Assembly: GCF_006517175.1 (NCBI RefSeq)
Contig: NZ_CP041186.1
Location: 3,125,074-3,189,073, forward strand
Direction of reading: 5' to 3'
Length of the DNA: 64,000 nt
From: Persicimonas caeni
GTDB lineage: Bacteria; Myxococcota_A; Bradymonadia; Bradymonadales; Bradymonadaceae
The notes below the pieces were generated by a model. It saw only the letters and a program-made list of their open reading frames with translations, searched no databases and was not told the origin of the DNA. Both the position numbers and the translations under genes were made by a program. Shown in pieces: positions 59,001-64,000 of the stretch. Every line of letters begins with the position of its first letter. The first letter of the stretch is position 1.

Positions 59001-59654
59001 ACTCACAGCGGCGAGCACGCCGCGGCCAAGCAATGTTTCAAGGAGGCGGCCTGGTGCGCCGAGCTCGTCGACGACGGCCCGCTGCGCGCCAAGTCCCTGG
59101 TGCAACTAGGCACCGTCTTGCTCGCCGAAGGCGACCCCGACGAGGCGTTCGCGTGCACCGAGCAAGCCTATAAGATCGCCGAGCAGGCGGGCGCACGCGC
59201 CTCCCGCGCGAACGCCGCGCGCCACCTGGGCGAGATCGCCCGGCTGCAAAAAGACTGGGAGACGGCGCGCCGCTGGCTGCAAGAAGCCTACGACGCCACG
59301 CTGTCGGCGATGATGTTCGTGCGCCACTACGACCGGCTCAACCTGGCCCTGGTCGACCTGGACACCGAGCACTACGAGCGCGCCGACACCACCTTTGGCG
59401 AGTTGCGCGACAGCTTCGCTCAGGCCCAAGACAACGCCGCCCTGCCCTTGATCGACCTGGCGCGCGTGCTGTGCGCCGTGGCGCTCGACCGCCAGGACCA
59501 GTACCTCGAAGAGCTCGCCCGAGTCGCCGACAACCCCGCGCCCGCGCCGAATATGCGTCGCGACATGGCCGCGATTGCCGAGAAAGCGGCCAAATTGGCT
59601 GAGGCGCGCGGGTGGGATGGGGTTGGGGTGTTGCGGGGTGTTGGTGAGGCGTAG
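56010..59654 (+). CDS. STAND-type Ser/Thr protein kinase (kinase domain + NB-ARC/AAA-like NTPase + TPR repeats)
   Basis: Kinase subdomains GEGGMAQVW, VAVK, HRDIKPDNIL, DFGLA, PQYMPPEQ. A P-loop LRGPAGIGKSSLAEW follows at about residue 480. The C-terminal 400 aa are TPR-like helical repeats. ORF track begins at 55923; ATG 56010 has an RBS. Confidence 0.8.
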   Translation: MYSISCGAYDLHEVIGEGGMAQVWRGVHRAKGVPVAVKVVTAGNSLEAAYVDSFEREVQAVAALNHPGIVRVFDYGRISEETARGHESLAAGSPYLVMELFEAGPLEPGRAITSWAEVCDFAFALLDALAHAHARGVIHRDIKPDNILCDDAGSPTQPNRNYPNSTYTNRRHYKLSDFGLAHAAEEGVGEAVSAGTPQYMPPEQLTGRWRDFGPWTDLYALGCLLYELVCGRLPFDHEKLLRIVHMQMHEPLPPIEPRFAVPAGLEAFLRRMVAKEPAKRFRRAADAAFALAQLEAPVARVAAPPIGPPPSQIDTDADTLMDTSPEAYTALHEGHLPTRVSHDTMADLIQTETTRGMATLPLWEGPLIDASAPKTSPDTLVDVEAALSNFEPPPPLPESWRLAEPEQKLKQLDGTGLELFGLRALPFAGRQLERDEMWRVFREVFETQGLRVVSLRGPAGIGKSSLAEWMSHRVEEMGAANALKALHSSRSGANEGVPAMLERYFGVWHCSRQQIYERIVERLEYVRPTSDGGADADVEQAEADDELARALTEIIRPAKSDTDDDGPTYQFSSHGERYATVRKLLERLGSERPVLMWLDDAVRSQMALGFVRYLMEHDSTLPILIVLTSSNETATENTVAAGYLREIEEDDRVDRLDLRPMDTAAMGELIGQALRLDDALVARLQRRAQGLPLYVTQLLGDWVSQGALVDGEAGFRLREDGAEAFPVSIAELWDRRIERLLGRFDAARRDGFEIALELAATLGHQIDQAEWLAACEARGISGAKQLLAAMFDENLARLTAPGALFAHELLTDRLVQRAQEAGRTRQNHRACARALEQVYPPSDVEAAVRSARHLMDAHALDDALDKLEATLLHLRESGDASAAMSLLDRCKKAADRLGLDENHRRRARHAWLRGHFLLMRGELREAQRCAQQAIESAERHEWHNEAGHARIIEGRSLMGQLELDAAMESYKKATRHFEATKDREGLARAKFGKGVVHTHSGEHAAAKQCFKEAAWCAELVDDGPLRAKSLVQLGTVLLAEGDPDEAFACTEQAYKIAEQAGARASRANAARHLGEIARLQKDWETARRWLQEAYDATLSAMMFVRHYDRLNLALVDLDTEHYERADTTFGELRDSFAQAQDNAALPLIDLARVLCAVALDRQDQYLEELARVADNPAPAPNMRRDMAAIAEKAAKLAEARGWDGVGVLRGVGEA

Positions 59655-59905
59655 CTTTCGGTGCGAGTGCATCCCTGCTCTCGCTCACGAGGGCGAGATG
59701 CCCACGCACCGAACACTTCGCGCGCTATCGGTGCGAGTGCTTCCAGCTCTCGCGTTTTGTTTGTAGTCACAGCTTTCCGTCGCCCCCCATCCGCCCTTCG
59801 CTTCGCTACGGGCACCTTCCCCCCGGGGGAAGGGATGCCCTCGCCGCATTGTGGCGTGGTCGGTTGTTGGGGGAGATTCTGCGTGGCGTTGTTATTCTAC
59901 GACCG
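59655..59905. repeat. Family-C repeat, left copy (about 250 bp; contains gagggcgagatgcccacgcaccgaa sub-repeats and the cttcgcttcgctacgggcaccttccccccgggggaagggatgcc palindrome)
   Basis: An inverted, more than 85 % identical copy lies at 61595-61860. Confidence 0.85.
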
Positions 59906-60870
59906 ACTGACCGAAGTAGAACGTCACCTTGCGTGGGGCTTCGTCATCGCGGCCATGCTCGTCGTTGTAGTCGGAGACTTTCTGGCGAAGGGCCGACACT
60001 CGCTCGCGAGTCTCGCGCAGGAGCGCCAGGACCTCGTCCTCGTGCGGATGACCCTCGGGGACGTCGAACGAGTAGGTGCTACCCCCGACGACATCCGACG
60101 GGAGTGTCTTGAGGCGCAACTGGCGCAACTTGACGCACAATGCCGTGACCATGGCGTTGAAGTGATCGAAGACCGCGGCTTCCCAGCCTGCGGCTTCGTC
60201 CATCGGGATGAAGCAGGTGTCGGCTCGGTACAAAAGTTCGTCGCCGCGCTCGTCTTCGATGATGCGGCCCTCGTCGAGAAGTTGGACGAGTGCGTCTTCG
60301 AGTTCTTCTTTGCCGGCGCCGGTCATCGGCCCGAGTTGCTCGAAGCTCACCGGCCCGCTGCGGTACACGGCGATCCAAAGGAGCATCGCCAGCGAGTCGT
60401 GGTTCTCACCGGCGACAATCTGCTCGATCTCTTCGTCACTCGCCGCGCGGTAGCTCGTCTTTTGGCCGCGCCCGGTTTGGAAGACGAGCCCCGACTCCAC
60501 CAGATCACGCAAGATGCCTTTGACGCTGGCCTCATCGTCGTCCGCAAAGCGGGTGAGCACCTCGGCGCGGCGCACGACCTTTTGAGCGCGGATGAAGTCG
60601 AGCACCGCCTCCCACAGCGAGCGCTCGCGGTCGGTGAGGCTCTCGGAGAGGCGCTGGATCTTGAGCTGGTAGGAGCGCAACGCCAGCCCGAACATGTCGG
60701 CGGCGACCTTGCGCGTACCCCCCTGCGTTTCGAGCTCGTTGGCCAGATCCAAGAAGACCTGGTTGGCCACGTGCGCCAGCGGCGCGCGGATGCCGGCGGT
60801 GGTCGCCAGTTGGGCGACGAGCACCGTCGTCTGCTGGATGACTGTGTCGATGAGCAGTTTGACGTTCATG
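59892..60870 (-). CDS. Hypothetical cytoplasmic protein (about 326 aa), possible winged-helix region
   Basis: Start at MNVKLLIDTV (ORF track extends upstream to 61163 across the neighbouring gene). Coding-like composition, no recognisable catalytic motif. Confidence 0.45.
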
Positions 60871-60882
60871 GTGTAGTGGGGC

Positions 60883-61557
60883 TCAGTTGCAAATGACGTC
60901 CCAGCCGTCGCCGGCGTCGGCAACTTCGCCGATGGAGGACTCCGCGCAGCCGTTGTCGCAGGTTCCGACGTAGTCGCCGGGGCCGCAGCTCGATCCCTCG
61001 CTGCACGGCATCGGGCCGTAGGGAAGCTGGTAGACCTCTCCGTTTTCACATCGCAGTCCGCCGAAGCAGTCGATATGGCAGTCATCGTCGACATCGGCGT
61101 CGTCACTGATGTCCGTAGCGTCGCTCGTGATCGCGTCTGCGGTGTCGGCCGTGTTTCCGGCATCAGCCAGCGTCGACGCGTTCATCATCATGCAATGGCC
61201 GCCCAAACACTGCAGCCTCGAGTCGCGCTGCTCGCACTCAGCGTTGGTCTGGCATGGCTCGAAACATACGCCGCCGGAGCCCGACAAGGTCTCGCCGCAC
61301 GCGTCGTTCAAGTCGACGCCCGGCTCGGCGCACACGGCGACCTGTGCACACGAGTTCTGCGCCCCGCACGCCTCGGTGCACACCCCGCACTGGCAAGAGA
61401 GGTCGCTCACGCAGTCGGCGTCGGTGCGGCAGGCTTCCAGATTCCCTGACTGCCAGTGAGTTTCGCTGTCGGTGCTCGGGTCGCTGTCGTTCGAGCACGC
61501 AGCGAGCAGAAGGGCGAGGAAGGCGATGAACAAAAGTCGGTCGAGTCGGCGGTGCAT
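60883..61557 (-). CDS. Cys-rich secreted lipoprotein (about 28 Cys)
   Basis: Lipobox FLALLLAACSND, EGF-like or defensin-like spacing of Cys (CRTDADCVSDLSCQCGVCTEACGAQNSCAQVAVC...), and an acidic T/D-rich segment. Confidence 0.6.
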   Translation of the reverse strand: MHRRLDRLLFIAFLALLLAACSNDSDPSTDSETHWQSGNLEACRTDADCVSDLSCQCGVCTEACGAQNSCAQVAVCAEPGVDLNDACGETLSGSGGVCFEPCQTNAECEQRDSRLQCLGGHCMMMNASTLADAGNTADTADAITSDATDISDDADVDDDCHIDCFGGLRCENGEVYQLPYGPMPCSEGSSCGPGDYVGTCDNGCAESSIGEVADAGDGWDVICN

Positions 61558-61594
61558 CAGCAGGTCCCCAAATAGTCATACATCTTGCAGATTC

Positions 61595-61860
61595 GAGACT
61601 ATCAGCCGCCCAAGTCGCCACAAGCGAAAAAAACTACACCCCCAACAACCGACCACGCCACAACGCGCTAAGGCATCCCTTCCCCTGGGGGAAGGTGCCC
61701 GTAGCGAAGCGAAGGGCGGATGGGGGGCGACGGAAAGCTGTGACTACAAACAAAACGCGAGGGCAAGATGCCCCCGCACCGAACACATCACGAGGGCAAG
61801 ATGCCCACGCACCGAATCCACAGCGCCGCGAATTTACACGATCCCCCGTCTGTGTCATCA
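61595..61860. repeat. Family-C repeat, right copy (inverted relative to 59655-59905)
   Basis: Its reverse complement aligns with the left copy through gcgttttgtttgtagtcacagctttccgtcgccccccatccgcccttcgcttcgctacgggcaccttcccc...gggaagggatgcc...ttgtggcgtggtcggttgttggggg. Confidence 0.85.
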
Positions 61861-61908
61861 TCTCGACAACCTGTTGTCACAAATATAACCCTGTGGAGGA
61901 GCCACGCG

Positions 61909-63228
61909 ATGAAGATCAAGAAGCTTCATGCTCTGCTCGCCCTTGCGCTCAGCGTTTCGCTGGTCGGCGTCGGGTGCGACAAGAAGGAAGAGGCCAAGAC
62001 CGACGAGAAGGCCGAGGCCGAAGGCGCCGCTGAGGAAGCCGCCCCCGAGATCAAAGCCGACAAGGGCGTCGATTTGGAGAGCAAGACCATCCACGTGGGC
62101 GCGCTCAACGACACCAGCGGACCGGCGGTGGCCATCGGCAAGCCGTTCGCGGTGGGTAAGAAGCTCGTGGCCGAGCGGGTCAACGCCGGTGAGGTGCTGC
62201 CCGAGGGTTGGAAGGTCGAGATGCACAACAAAGACCACGGCTACAACCCGCAAAAGGCGCTGCAGGGCTACAAAGAGATGAGCGACGACGTCCTGTACGT
62301 CGCCACCAGCTTCGGCACCCCGCCGACCTTGCAGGTGCGCCCGATGCTCGAGCGCGACAAGGTCGTGGCCTTCCCGGCGTCGTTGTCCGAGCAGCTCGCC
62401 CAAAACGAGTTCACCCCGCCCACCGGCCCGACCTACAAGATGGAGACGATGCGCGCGTTCGACTGGGCGGTCGAGCACGCCAAAAAAGGGGGCAAGGAGT
62501 TCAAGCCCGGCATCATCTACCAGGCCGACGACTACGGCAAAGACGGCATCGACGGCATGAAGCAGGCCGCCAAGGCCCACGGCGTCGAGATCGTGGCCGA
62601 GGCGTCGATCAAGCCGGGCGAGAAGGAAGTCACCGCCGCGGTCAAAAAGCTCAAGGACGCCGGCGCCAACTACGTCATGCTCACGCTGCTGCCGTCGAGC
62701 GCCGCCCCCGTGCTCGGCAAGGCCGCCCAGCTCGAGTACCAGCCGGTCTTCATGGGCAATACCCCCACCTGGGTCGACGCCTTCTTCAGCGACAAGAGCC
62801 CGGCGCCGCCGCAGATCTTCGCCAACTTCCACTGGGTCACCGGCTTTCCGTACTGGGGTGAGGACGTGCCCGGCATGAAGGAGTTCGAGGCGGCTTTCGA
62901 CAAGCACGCCAAGGACCAGCCGCGCGACTTCTACGTGCTCGTCTCCTATATCCAGGGGCTGGCGCAGGCCGAGATCTTGAAGCGCGCCATCGAGAACAAG
63001 GACCTGACCCGCGAGGGCTTCGTGACGGCGATGCACAGTATCGAGGACTGGAACGCCGACGGCCTCATCCAGCCCATCAGCCTGGAGAAGGTCCCCTACG
63101 TCACCGGCACCAAGACGCGCGTGCTCAAGCCCAACTTCGAGAAGAAGACCTGGGAGGTCGCCGGCGACTACAAGACGCCCAAGGCGTTTGAAGGCGCAGG
63201 CGACAAGCAAGCCAAGAAGGACGAATAA
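61909..63228 (+). CDS. ABC transporter substrate-binding lipoprotein (type I periplasmic binding protein, Liv-like)
   Basis: GGAGGA RBS. Lipobox ALALSVSLVGVGCDKK followed by an E/A/K-rich linker. The PBP1 fold is recognisable from conserved segments and an ABC ATPase gene follows. Confidence 0.7.
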   Translation: MKIKKLHALLALALSVSLVGVGCDKKEEAKTDEKAEAEGAAEEAAPEIKADKGVDLESKTIHVGALNDTSGPAVAIGKPFAVGKKLVAERVNAGEVLPEGWKVEMHNKDHGYNPQKALQGYKEMSDDVLYVATSFGTPPTLQVRPMLERDKVVAFPASLSEQLAQNEFTPPTGPTYKMETMRAFDWAVEHAKKGGKEFKPGIIYQADDYGKDGIDGMKQAAKAHGVEIVAEASIKPGEKEVTAAVKKLKDAGANYVMLTLLPSSAAPVLGKAAQLEYQPVFMGNTPTWVDAFFSDKSPAPPQIFANFHWVTGFPYWGEDVPGMKEFEAAFDKHAKDQPRDFYVLVSYIQGLAQAEILKRAIENKDLTREGFVTAMHSIEDWNADGLIQPISLEKVPYVTGTKTRVLKPNFEKKTWEVAGDYKTPKAFEGAGDKQAKKDE

Positions 63229-63246
63229 CCCAAAGGACGTAGCGCA

Positions 63247-64000
63247 GTGCTCGAGATCGCGAACTTAGAAGTCGTCTACCACTCCGTCGTGCGTGTGCTC
63301 GACGGGGTGAGCTTGAAGGTGCCCGAGGGCTCCATCGTCGCCCTGTTGGGGCCTAACGGCGCCGGCAAGACCACGACTCTGCGCGCGATCTCGGGCCTGC
63401 TCGACGTCCACGACGGCCAGGCCACCAAAGGCACCATCACCTGGGAGGGCCCGTCGGGTGACCCAAAGGCCCTCTTGGGCAGCCCCGCCGAGCAGATCGT
63501 CGGCGCGGGCATCGCCCAGGTGATGGAAGGCCGGCGCATCTTCGCCGACCTGACCGTCGAAGAGAACCTCCTCGCTGGCGCGCACGTGAGCTCCGGCGAC
63601 GTGAAGCAAGACATCCAAAAATTCTACGAGCGTTTCCCGGTCCTCGGAGACCGGCGAAAACGCACCGCCGGCTACCTGTCGGGCGGTGAGCAGCAGATGC
63701 TCGCCATCGCTCGCGCGCTGATGAGCCGGCCCAAGCTCCTGTTGATGGACGAACCCTCGCTGGGGCTCGCCCCCAAGATCGTGGCCGACGTCGCCGAGCT
63801 CATCCGCGAGCTCAACGACGAGGGCATGACCATCTTGCTCGTCGAGCAAAACGCGGCCATGGCGCTCGATTTGGCCGAGTACGGCTACGTCATGGAGAAC
63901 GGCAAGATCGTGCGCGACGGGCCCTCCCAGGAGCTCCTCGACGACGAGGACATCCAAGAATTCTACCTGGGCATGGGTCGCGGCGAGACCAAGAGCTACC
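63247..64000 (+). CDS. ABC transporter ATP-binding protein, LivF-like (3' end beyond window)
   Basis: GTG start. Walker A GPNGAGKTT, Q-loop, signature LSGGEQQML, Walker B LLLMDEPSLGL. Confidence 0.8.
   Translation, partial: MLEIANLEVVYHSVVRVLDGVSLKVPEGSIVALLGPNGAGKTTTLRAISGLLDVHDGQATKGTITWEGPSGDPKALLGSPAEQIVGAGIAQVMEGRRIFADLTVEENLLAGAHVSSGDVKQDIQKFYERFPVLGDRRKRTAGYLSGGEQQMLAIARALMSRPKLLLMDEPSLGLAPKIVADVAELIRELNDEGMTILLVEQNAAMALDLAEYGYVMENGKIVRDGPSQELLDDEDIQEFYLGMGRGETKSY

Overview
This 64 kb window is high-GC (about 65-66 %) bacterial chromosome with many two-component systems, acidic lipoproteins and STAND kinases, which fits a deltaproteobacterial or Myxococcota-like genome (taxonomy is a guess). 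Positions 1-16.5 kb carry a minus-strand flagellar locus: flgG (partial)-flgF, then fliA-flhF-flhA-flhB-fliR-fliQ-fliP-fliO-fliN-fliM-fliL-motB-motB'-motA. Sigma-54 type -24/-12 promoters drive it, and large palindromic MITE/REP-like elements sit inside it. Positions 16.7-30 kb are a sigma-54-driven signalling island with a FliJ-like coiled-coil protein, histidine kinases, a REC-HDOD protein, a sigma-54 enhancer-binding protein, two paralogous giant hybrid kinases and two paralogous OmpR-type response regulators. Positions 30.1-38.7 kb form the most unusual unit: a co-directional YqiJ/NfeD-like membrane protein, a 719-aa flotillin/SPFH protein and a ~1800-aa protein with an N-terminal beta-rich domain, long coiled coils and a C-terminal dynein/MoxR-like AAA+ ATPase. 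I cannot match that giant protein to a characterised family, so I flag the three genes as a candidate undescribed membrane-associated system. The rest encodes secreted and lipoprotein genes: an RCC1-repeat lipoprotein, a 1066-aa Ig-like tandem-repeat protein with a lamin-tail domain, thioredoxin and peroxiredoxin, an esterase, a hemerythrin, a TolB-like propeller, Cys-rich lipoproteins and an EEP-family nuclease/phosphatase. It also carries a STAND Ser/Thr kinase and the start of a Liv-type ABC transporter. At least five families of inverted-repeat or MITE-like elements are interspersed. Several of them flank single genes or two-gene cassettes.
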